Below, in pieces: positions 1 to 7,769 of a DNA stretch of 25,745 nt (the first letter of the stretch is position 1; each line of letters begins with the position of its first letter). Source of the stretch: Myxococcota bacterium (GTDB lineage: Bacteria; Myxococcota; UBA4151); assembly GCA_040260805.1 (NCBI GenBank), contig JBDQPD010000045.1, positions 1 to 25,745 on the forward strand, given 5' to 3'. Made by a program: the position numbers and the translations under genes. Under the pieces are notes generated by a model. That model was not told the DNA's origin. It did no database searches and saw nothing but the letters and a program-made list of their open reading frames with translations.

Positions 1-643
1 CATGCGTGATCACCACCTCGGGTTGTTCCCCAATACGGTCCTCGAACTCGGCGCGCACATCGCTCGGTAAAGCGCTCGGCGGCAGCGTCGGCCGTCGGAC
101 CATCTGCTCGATCGCCGCCGGCGCCTTCTGGGGCGATACAGAGGCGCGCTGATCCTCACCACGTTCAAGGCGAGCGGCTTCAAAAATACTGGTGATCGAG
201 CCACTCTGCCAGGGACCTGAACGCTTGAGGAGCTCCGACGCAACCGGGTCACGTTCAATCGTTGTCCAGGATTCTAGGCCGGGTCGCCAGACCAAGGACT
301 CGCTGTTGAGTTGCCCCTCGGTGAGTCGCCGGATCAGCTCATCCTCGCTGATCGCCTGCTGCGCACCCTGCTCATCTGTGATGTGCCACAGCTCACCTTT
401 GAGGGGCGCTTCCTCCTCATAAGGCTTGAGATCCAAAAGGGTGAAGCTCGCGGTCAACTCCTGACCGAACTCATCATCACTTTCGATAGGCTCAGCTGAG
501 GTCTTGACCAGGACCACCTCGCCGTTGCGCCGAAGCACCAGACGGCTGTTGCAGTTACCACAGTCAAAACGCGCACCCTCTTCTGGAATACGGTGTTCAT
601 CAATACGGTAACCCGAACCGCAGCTAGGACAGACAAAACGCAT
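1..643 (-). CDS. gltJ: GltJ/AgmX-like protein, N-terminal part (Zn-ribbon + GYF_2/DUF4339 domain); runs off the left edge
   Basis: Not in the ORF track. Manual translation from ATG at 643 is open to position 1: MRFVCPSCGSGYRIDEHRIPEEGARFDCGNCNSRLVL (CxxC...CxxC MJ0042-type Zn ribbon), an acidic linker, then LWHITDEQGAQQAISEDELIRRLTEGQLNSESLVWRPGLESWTTI (GYF_2-like, LVW..G...W). GAGGA SD at 654-658. Lies directly after a gltI-like gene, as gltJ does. The TM helix and TonB-C domain would be outside the window, so the symbol rests on the N-terminal architecture plus synteny. Confidence 0.8.
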   Translation of the reverse strand, partial: MRFVCPSCGSGYRIDEHRIPEEGARFDCGNCNSRLVLRRNGEVVLVKTSAEPIESDDEFGQELTASFTLLDLKPYEEEAPLKGELWHITDEQGAQQAISEDELIRRLTEGQLNSESLVWRPGLESWTTIERDPVASELLKRSGPWQSGSITSIFEAARLERGEDQRASVSPQKAPAAIEQMVRRPTLPPSALPSDVRAEFEDRIGEQPEVVITH

Positions 644-694
644 GGTGAACACATCCTCGCACAGGCGCGAGAGACAGTCCATTTAGTGCACGCG

Positions 695-3600
695 TTAACC
701 CACTCTAGCGACAAAGCGGTGCGAACCGCTCCAGAGCCGACAAAACAGTTCCTCGATGTCGGCTTCTGAGAGGCGGGCGTGCAAAGGATCGGAGCGTTTA
801 GCTTCTTCGAGCGCAATCCTCAGATCGCCGCAAGCGACTAAGCCAGAACATAGCGATAAACGCTCGGTCGCGCCGGCTAAGTGCTCGACAGGCTCTTGCG
901 CTAATCGGTCGAGGTGAGTGCGCAGCTGAAATTCGAGCCCGCCGCCCAACAGCTCTCGCCAGTGACCAACCATCGTCGGGTCGGGCCGGTGCGAACGCAG
1001 CCCCACTGCCGAACAAAGGTCCGCTAAACCTTGCAATCCAACGGCTGAAATGAGAGCGACCTCAGGTCTCATAATGCCCAAAACACGCCCGATCTGAAAC
1101 CGCAAGGCAGGTTGATTGTCGTCGCGTAATACGGGCGCAAACTCACCCGCTACAATGCTCAGCGGCTTGCTCGGGAAAACCCGTATATTATCGCTACTTC
1201 TAGGGATCAGATAGAGGCTTGATTCAGGCTGTCTAAAGAAGCGAGCCACACGATAAAACACTTGAACTGCGAGGCGCTCATCTTCCTCGGCGACGCGCCT
1301 GTGTCGGCGGCCTAAGAACCCATTCGGCCGCTGAGGGTCGCGCTCGATCGCAGGGTGCAATAGATGCCAAGCTGCCGACAACGCCTCACCGACCTCACCG
1401 GCGAGTAGAGGGGGCAGCAGCGCGGTCTGCTCAGCTGCGGTTAGCGGCATCGCGGCGATGCTCTTCTCCCGCCACTGTGCCACCTCTTCACGATCAAAAC
1501 ATTCGACCCCTCGAACCTGTAAAACGTCTGCGACCGCAACGGCTCGCCAGTGGTTACTCGTCTGGGCATAAGCGCTCAACAGCGACTCGGCGCCCTCATC
1601 GCTGAGCCCGTGCACCTGCCAGACGGGCTCGAGCAAAGGCAGGACTTCATCCCATCGGTTCAGGGATCCGAGCACCTTAGCCAAACGAACTCGAGTGGCG
1701 CTCAAGTCGGTGATCGCGATCATCTCCGATAAGCCTAAAACCGCTAGATCAGGGCGCTGCATCTCTTCAGCAGCGAGTCGAACCACGCGTTCCCAAGCCT
1801 GGTAGCGCTCCTCAGCTTGTTCTTCACCAAAGCGCTCAATCTGTCCGTGAAGATTCACCACCAACAAATCCCAAGCTTCACTCTCGACACAAGCAGCCTC
1901 AATCACGTCCATCGCTTCACGATGTCCGGGCTCGATATCAAGCGCTGAATTCCAGCTCGCCAGCGCCCGTTGCAAGTCGGCGAGATGGTCGTAGGCGACC
2001 GAACCAATCCAAACCAACATCGGCACTCGGCGGTCGTCCGGGGCGTGGTCCAGCGCGCGCATCCCAGCAGCAAACGCCTCATCGTAGCGCGCGGTCTGAA
2101 GATAGGCTTGGGCTAGCCTTTCAATCAGATGATAGTGCCCATCGATTTCGTTGCGATAGGCCTCGAGCAGATCCACAACCTGCCAAGCGTCCTCGATCGA
2201 CTCTGTTCGCAAAAGCAACAAAGCGACACGCTTAGTCGGGTCGACCTTAGGTAAGGCTTTTTCAAGGGTCTTCAGGGCGTCATGCGTCCGATTAGGCACC
2301 GACATCAAAGCCATCCCGAGGCCCTCAAGCACCTCACCTCGCTCGTCGCCGAGCGTGATGGCTCGCTCGTAGCTAGCCGCAGCCGCTACCGGCTGTTGGA
2401 GCCCTAATCGTATCTTACCTAGGTCTGCATAAAGGCTACCGAGCTCGGCTTGACTCATTGTCTTACCATGCTGCCGAATCAACGCCTCGCACCATTGACC
2501 TGCCTGCTCCCAGCGACCGGTCGCCATGAACGCATGAAGGGCATCAGCCATCGGACCAGCCCTGCGCGGCAAGCCACTCAGCTCAAAGCTTTTGGACGCC
2601 GCCTCAAGGTCATGCTCAGCGAGCTCAATTCGAGCTCGGCGCCGCAGATCGCGTGCCAGGGGCTCATCGATTTCCAATAAAGGCGACAAGAACTCGCGGG
2701 CGCGCTCGGTATCTTCACTGCGCCACAGGTCAGAAAGAGCGCGACGAATGTCGGCGTCTTGAGGACATAGAGCGAAGGCCCTTTGCAGTAAGCCGCGCGC
2801 CTCTTCTCGGTGGGTTCCCACCCGTCGCCTTGCGAGACTCAACAAACGCCGAGCGGCCCAAGGACCGGGATTGGCTGCGATCGCTTCTTCAATCAACTCT
2901 GGGTCGTTGTCCTCAACCGCATCAGTCCACCATCGCAGCAGCAGCGGTGCTCGACCAATCTCCGTCACAGCCTGCTCGAACAAAGGTCGCGCCTCTTCAG
3001 CAGCGACCGTCGTGTCAGGGTCCAAGCCTAGCGCAGCGGCGCGCCCCAGCGCACTCTTGAGTGAGGTGAGTAAGTCAACCGCAAGCCCCGGCTCCGCAGC
3101 GCGTGCTTTGGCGATCAGCTCTAGATTGCACGCGTCATGCTCTAAAACTCGACGAAACAGCTCACTCGCCGGGTTCGCCTCGCGCGCCACCTCAACCAAA
3201 TGCTCATCCCAAAGACCTAGATCCAGAGCGCGCAGACCGATCACTTCTGCGCGATCATCATGCCCACCCCGAGCTAAAGCGGTCAGAAGACTCGTCAAAA
3301 CTGCGGTGCTCAGCTCGGCTGGTGACTCGTCGCAAAGCGCCAAGGCTTGATCATAAGCTTGATGTCTAAGCGCTTCGGCGACCCAGTCGGAGAGCTCGCC
3401 TATCTTGGTCCAAGGACCCGCTTTGAGCCCTTCAAGTACAGATCGCAAACCACGTCGAATAGCGAGTGCTCGCAGCGCTCCAACCTCAGCGCTGGGTTCA
3501 AGCAGCGACACACAGTGGCTCAGATTACCGCTCAAACCAGCCCTGATCGCAGCGACAAAGCCATCAACAGGGAGCGACTTCGCCATCTCGAGTTCGGTGG

Positions 3601-5527
3601 CATCAACCGCACGGCCCGACTTGAGCCTGTCCAAGGCACAACCGAGAACGATCATACCATCTTCAGGCCAGCGCGACTGCAACTTACGCAGTTGAATTCC
3701 CTCAAGGCCACCGATCTCAACAGCCAATCGAGCGAGCTCAATCTGTTCGGGCTTAATCGGTTCTCGAACCGCCGACTCCAGCAGGCGCTGGCAGGCTTCA
3801 ACGGGCTGACCATCGATCGCTTGGAGCCTCGCCTGCGCCATCAAGCTCGCCGGCGCTTTGATATCGGAACCCTGCATCTGCATCACCAAAATGCGCGCAA
3901 GGTCTTCGCTCTCAAAACGCATCAAGTTGAGCGCCGACTGTCCGAGCAACTCAAGCGCTGAGGAGGTGTCTAAACTCGATGCACACAACAAAACCGGCTC
4001 GATCGTCTCTTCGAGCAGCTCGCAATCCTTGGCAAAGCGCATCATCGATTCAAGGACCAAGTACGCTCCAGAGAAACGGATCAAGAGGCGTCGAGCGGTA
4101 TGAAACGCAAGCAATCCGCCCTGATCTTGCTGAGCGAGCTCCTCGAGATCTTTGCACGCTGTCGAGGGTCGCTGACGCCACAAGGCTCGCTGCTGCAATA
4201 ACCGTAGGCGGTCGGCACCCAAGGCTCCGTCTAGGCGTTCTTTAAATAAAGCTAAGGTAGGCTGTCGCAGCAAAAGCGCATCCAAAACACGAAGCCTTGT
4301 GGCAAACCCAAGCTCGCCGTCCATCAGCTGACGCAGCGCCTGCGGAGTCGGCGCTGCCTCTAGATGTTCGCTGACCAGATTAAGTGCGAGTTCGGGCTCG
4401 TTGGTGCGCAGCACCTCGAATAAAATCCAGCGCAGATGCCCATCAGCAACGACCGAGTCGGGTCCGTGCTTGTTCACCATCTGAGCTACTTTTTCAGATT
4501 CACCGGCTGCGGCGGCGACCTCGAGTCGAAGCCCGAACGCCTCCTCCCCAGCCTCATCCGCCAGCAACTCCTCAACCCGCTCCCCATCGCCAATCGACAA
4601 CAACGCGCGACCAAGTCTTAAGCGCTCGAGAACATCGATCTGACGACGAGAGGGCCACAGATGCTTGACCAGCTCGCCAAATTCACCGCTTTGCTCAAGC
4701 AGCGCCCAGCGCAGCGGATGCCGTAAATCACCGACCACTCGCAGAGCCGCCTCGAGGTCTCCCTCCGCCGCTAGCCAGCGCGCGAGATCGATGCGTTGTT
4801 CAGGGCTGCCGCGTTGCGCGACCCAGCGCTCAGCCTCAACCAAAGCAGAGACCCCAACCAGCTCGTAGTTGAGCTGCAACCAAGCCCAATGCTGTTCTTC
4901 ATGCATCGGAGGATCGAGTCGTAAAATAGCCTCGGCGCCAAACGCTTGAGCCAGATCCTCGATCGTCATACCCGCCTCAGATAAGCCGAGGTGTTTGAGT
5001 AAGTTCAAGGCTTCACGGCGATCGAGCTCGATCAGCCTAGGCAACAAACTGCGCCCGCCATCGTAGCCAATCAAATTAGCCTTAGCGGCTAAGCTGACCA
5101 AAAAGGTTGGCTCGCCAAAATCGACAAGCCACGACCAATCTAAATCACCGCCACCGCGCCGCTCAAGCTCTCTAAGCCAAGCCGACTGAACGACCGCAGC
5201 GGGGACCATGGCGCGCTGCATCGCACGAGCAGCCAAAGCATCAGCAGCTTCGATGGGATGCCGGTCCGCCCATTCGTCCAGGCGCTCGGCTAGCTCCTGC
5301 TCGATCTCCAAAACGATCAGGTCGTTCCAGATCTGATCCAAGACCTCTTGGCGAAGCTCTTTGTGCGCACCGATCAATCCCTGAAGGGTCACCGTCGACG
5401 CGCGAACGCGTCGCTCAGGGTCGCTCTCGACCTCAGCCAACCAGGCGCGCATGGCAGCGGTGCGGTCGTTCTCACCTCGGAACGGGTCGTCTTCGCCGCC
5501 CCGAAAGGGGCGCACCTCCGAGGTCAT
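695..5527 (-). CDS. Large cytoplasmic TPR-repeat protein, GltI/AgmK-like (1610 aa), with a C-terminal degenerate M48-like domain
   Basis: Long L/A/E/R-rich helical ORF with clear TPR units (LGSLYADLGKIRLGLQQPVAAAASYERAITLG; ALASWNSALDIEPGHREAM) and no signal peptide. C-terminus (LRFQIGRVLGIMRPE...SGLVACGDLRIAL) is typical of large myxobacterial TPR proteins. ATGA overlap with the upstream gene and GGAGG SD at 5532-5536. Sits immediately before the gltJ-like gene. Confidence 0.65.
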   Translation of the reverse strand: MTSEVRPFRGGEDDPFRGENDRTAAMRAWLAEVESDPERRVRASTVTLQGLIGAHKELRQEVLDQIWNDLIVLEIEQELAERLDEWADRHPIEAADALAARAMQRAMVPAAVVQSAWLRELERRGGGDLDWSWLVDFGEPTFLVSLAAKANLIGYDGGRSLLPRLIELDRREALNLLKHLGLSEAGMTIEDLAQAFGAEAILRLDPPMHEEQHWAWLQLNYELVGVSALVEAERWVAQRGSPEQRIDLARWLAAEGDLEAALRVVGDLRHPLRWALLEQSGEFGELVKHLWPSRRQIDVLERLRLGRALLSIGDGERVEELLADEAGEEAFGLRLEVAAAAGESEKVAQMVNKHGPDSVVADGHLRWILFEVLRTNEPELALNLVSEHLEAAPTPQALRQLMDGELGFATRLRVLDALLLRQPTLALFKERLDGALGADRLRLLQQRALWRQRPSTACKDLEELAQQDQGGLLAFHTARRLLIRFSGAYLVLESMMRFAKDCELLEETIEPVLLCASSLDTSSALELLGQSALNLMRFESEDLARILVMQMQGSDIKAPASLMAQARLQAIDGQPVEACQRLLESAVREPIKPEQIELARLAVEIGGLEGIQLRKLQSRWPEDGMIVLGCALDRLKSGRAVDATELEMAKSLPVDGFVAAIRAGLSGNLSHCVSLLEPSAEVGALRALAIRRGLRSVLEGLKAGPWTKIGELSDWVAEALRHQAYDQALALCDESPAELSTAVLTSLLTALARGGHDDRAEVIGLRALDLGLWDEHLVEVAREANPASELFRRVLEHDACNLELIAKARAAEPGLAVDLLTSLKSALGRAAALGLDPDTTVAAEEARPLFEQAVTEIGRAPLLLRWWTDAVEDNDPELIEEAIAANPGPWAARRLLSLARRRVGTHREEARGLLQRAFALCPQDADIRRALSDLWRSEDTERAREFLSPLLEIDEPLARDLRRRARIELAEHDLEAASKSFELSGLPRRAGPMADALHAFMATGRWEQAGQWCEALIRQHGKTMSQAELGSLYADLGKIRLGLQQPVAAAASYERAITLGDERGEVLEGLGMALMSVPNRTHDALKTLEKALPKVDPTKRVALLLLRTESIEDAWQVVDLLEAYRNEIDGHYHLIERLAQAYLQTARYDEAFAAGMRALDHAPDDRRVPMLVWIGSVAYDHLADLQRALASWNSALDIEPGHREAMDVIEAACVESEAWDLLVVNLHGQIERFGEEQAEERYQAWERVVRLAAEEMQRPDLAVLGLSEMIAITDLSATRVRLAKVLGSLNRWDEVLPLLEPVWQVHGLSDEGAESLLSAYAQTSNHWRAVAVADVLQVRGVECFDREEVAQWREKSIAAMPLTAAEQTALLPPLLAGEVGEALSAAWHLLHPAIERDPQRPNGFLGRRHRRVAEEDERLAVQVFYRVARFFRQPESSLYLIPRSSDNIRVFPSKPLSIVAGEFAPVLRDDNQPALRFQIGRVLGIMRPEVALISAVGLQGLADLCSAVGLRSHRPDPTMVGHWRELLGGGLEFQLRTHLDRLAQEPVEHLAGATERLSLCSGLVACGDLRIALEEAKRSDPLHARLSEADIEELFCRLWSGSHRFVARVG

Positions 5528-7251
5528 GAGACCTCCGCTTCCAGAGTCTCGAGCATCTCAGCTGCCGAACGGTTACCGCTGGCAACGGCCCCTTGAAGCA
5601 GCTCTCGAGCCTCACTCGATCGGCCGCTCAGCCAATGCGCTCGAGCGCGCAAGACAGCCCAGCTTCCTTGGTTGGAAACGCCCGCTTGATTCAGCGCTTC
5701 GAGCGCCTCGTCGCCACGGCCTAACTCCAACAAAATCGGGATCCGCAGACGAGCGCTCCGATCATCATCGGCGGCGTGCCGCTCCAACAGTTGCAAAAGG
5801 GGCTCAAAGTCAGGCTGCTCATCACCCGAGCTCATGCCGGGAAGCCGGCTTCGTACAAAGCCGACCACTCGATCGGCGTCAAGGACTCCACGTGCGCTCA
5901 AGATCGCATACAAGGTCTGCCCAAGGGATGAGTGAACCTCATCGAGGCGATCATAAGCCTCGAGCACACGCTCGGTCGAGAACTGGTGCAGCACCAGCTC
6001 CAAGGTCGACTGAAGTCGACTTGGGTCGGAAAGTAACGTGATGGAGCGTAAAGCCCAGTCCACCCGACCCGCCGTCTCGGAGGCGGCGAGCAGATGATCA
6101 CAAGCTCTCCGACGTTCAGCCGGATGCGCCCGTCCGAGCGCATAGACGAGGTCAAATGCGGTCCGCTCATCAGGTGCCAGCAACAGGGCTTCTGCCGCAT
6201 GGGCTAGCGCCTCGCTCGGGCGTCCTAGGTGTTCGAGCATTTCAGCTGCAGCGCGTTCGAGCTGGACTCGCTCTGAGCGCTCAGCAATGCGACACCGGCT
6301 CTGGATGCATGCAAGCACCGCAGGAAAGTCCCCCATCGCCATGAACCAAGGCTGGAAGCTGCCCGCTAAACGAGGCTCAGCACAAATTCGGTCTACCTGA
6401 AGGCGCGCCGCATCCCCCGCTAACCAGCGGCGGCCTTCAGCCTCGGCGAACCGCGCCAGCGCGTCCTCGTCTAAAAACCGTAACCACCGGGCATCGATCG
6501 GCTCCTCTGAGGGGCGTCCAAGGACCCAGGTCGCAAGCGACACCCGCTCGGCTTCATCCCGACACACCTCCAGCGCATCCTCACGCTCACCCAAAGCGGC
6601 GCAAAGGATCAGAGATTTACGCTGATGCTCGATCACCCCAAAGCGATGCTCGTAGGCGAAGCGATAGTAAGGCAAAGCGGCTCTTTTACCCGCTTGAATT
6701 TCGATCCACGCAGGCATGATCGCCGCCACAGGGCGCAGCGCACCGATGCCTTGACTCGCCAAGCGCATAATTCGGTCCACCATCGGCGCCCCGTAACGTC
6801 GAAGCCCCCACCCGATCAAACTGCTGTCGCCGGCGAGAAAGGCTTCCCAGAGCTGGTTGATGTTCGGTTCGGCCCGCCGCGGCGGGAGCGCGGGCGCGGC
6901 GCCCAGCATCGAGGCTAAGGCATCGGCTGCCGCTAAGCCGTGACGATGCAAGTCAGGGTGCCCACCAAAACTCAGCACGATGCGCTGCAGAATGTCCTGA
7001 TCATGATATTCGATCGCCAGATCCAGCAAAGGCTCCAGCTGTTCATATCGAAAGAGCAACTCAAGCTCTACCGAGAGCGGCGCCTCAGAGAATCCACGCT
7101 GTCGCGCCAGCAGCGCGCTTTTGAGCGCTAAGGCGTCGGCGCCAGCCTGACGAGCCGCATGGGCGAGCAGATTAAGATTCAGACCGTCTCGCTTCACCTC
7201 GGCTCGAGTCGCTGCCGAAAGTAAACTCTCGAGCGACGGCGCCTGGCTCAT
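5524..7251 (-). CDS. TPR-like helical repeat protein (575 aa), function unknown
   Basis: The track ORF 5524..7620 overlaps the upstream gene by about 370 nt with an implausible R/W/S-rich leader. The ATG at 7251 (MSQAPSLESLL) forms an ATGA overlap with the stop at 7248-7250. TPR-like segments: AAEMLEHLGRPSEALAHAAEALLLAPDERTAF, ILLELGRGDEALEAL, ARAHWLSGRSSEARELLQGA. No signal peptide or TM segment seen. Confidence 0.75.
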   Translation of the reverse strand: MSQAPSLESLLSAATRAEVKRDGLNLNLLAHAARQAGADALALKSALLARQRGFSEAPLSVELELLFRYEQLEPLLDLAIEYHDQDILQRIVLSFGGHPDLHRHGLAAADALASMLGAAPALPPRRAEPNINQLWEAFLAGDSSLIGWGLRRYGAPMVDRIMRLASQGIGALRPVAAIMPAWIEIQAGKRAALPYYRFAYEHRFGVIEHQRKSLILCAALGEREDALEVCRDEAERVSLATWVLGRPSEEPIDARWLRFLDEDALARFAEAEGRRWLAGDAARLQVDRICAEPRLAGSFQPWFMAMGDFPAVLACIQSRCRIAERSERVQLERAAAEMLEHLGRPSEALAHAAEALLLAPDERTAFDLVYALGRAHPAERRRACDHLLAASETAGRVDWALRSITLLSDPSRLQSTLELVLHQFSTERVLEAYDRLDEVHSSLGQTLYAILSARGVLDADRVVGFVRSRLPGMSSGDEQPDFEPLLQLLERHAADDDRSARLRIPILLELGRGDEALEALNQAGVSNQGSWAVLRARAHWLSGRSSEARELLQGAVASGNRSAAEMLETLEAEVS

Positions 7252-7769
7252 CGCTGCCACCGAACCACAGGTCCGGTTTGCAAGACCAATCCAGAAGCCG
7301 AGCCAAGCCAGCGGGCGGCGACCTCCCAGCCGACCAAGATATGACGCAAGCGCGTGCGCCGCTGCAAACGAACGCCAGCTCCTGCGACGGCTTGAGACAC
7401 CGCATCGCCTGGACCGTCTGTGCGGTTCCAGCCGGCTCCACCCCAGCCTTGAAGGAGCCACCTTCTGGTCAAATCGATATCGACCCCACCATGAGCCATC
7501 AGATCCATCGAAAACACGTCGCCACCCGTTAGATCGTCGCCAGGGAAACCATCCACTGACAGCCTGAGACCAAAAGCTTGGCGGCCTGATGATGACCAAT
7601 GCGAGAGGTCGGTATGCCAACCCATCCCCAGACCCACGTTACGATCGCCTAAGCTGGTGGCAGGGAACACAATATGAGGCGCCACAACCGCCGACATACC
7701 GCCGGTTGGTCGCCAATTAGCGAGAGCTGGTGCTGCGAGGAGTACGAGGCTCAAGGCCAGCAAACGCAT
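7248..7769 (-). CDS. Small outer-membrane beta-barrel protein (173 aa) in the gltH/cglE position
   Basis: Signal peptide MRLLALSLVLLAAPALA; Gly/aromatic-rich alternating strands (NVGLGMGWHTD, AFGLRLSVDG, WLLQGWGGAGWN, AVAGAGVRLQ, ILVGWEVAARW, LVLQTGPVVRW). AAGGAGG SD at 7777-7783 and TGATG overlap with gltG. GltH identity is inferred from position and predicted fold only. Confidence 0.7.
   Translation of the reverse strand: MRLLALSLVLLAAPALANWRPTGGMSAVVAPHIVFPATSLGDRNVGLGMGWHTDLSHWSSSGRQAFGLRLSVDGFPGDDLTGGDVFSMDLMAHGGVDIDLTRRWLLQGWGGAGWNRTDGPGDAVSQAVAGAGVRLQRRTRLRHILVGWEVAARWLGSASGLVLQTGPVVRWQR

Noticed and set aside
10..816. Short track ORFs at 10..258, 192..422, 311..499 and 454..816
   Set aside because: All overlap the Zn-ribbon/GYF frame (1..643) or the gltI-like 3' end and lack recognisable features.
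7252..7620. N-terminal 123 codons of track ORF 5524..7620
   Set aside because: Overlaps the barrel gene in another frame and has an R/W/S-rich shadow composition; the ATGA-coupled start at 7251 is more plausible.
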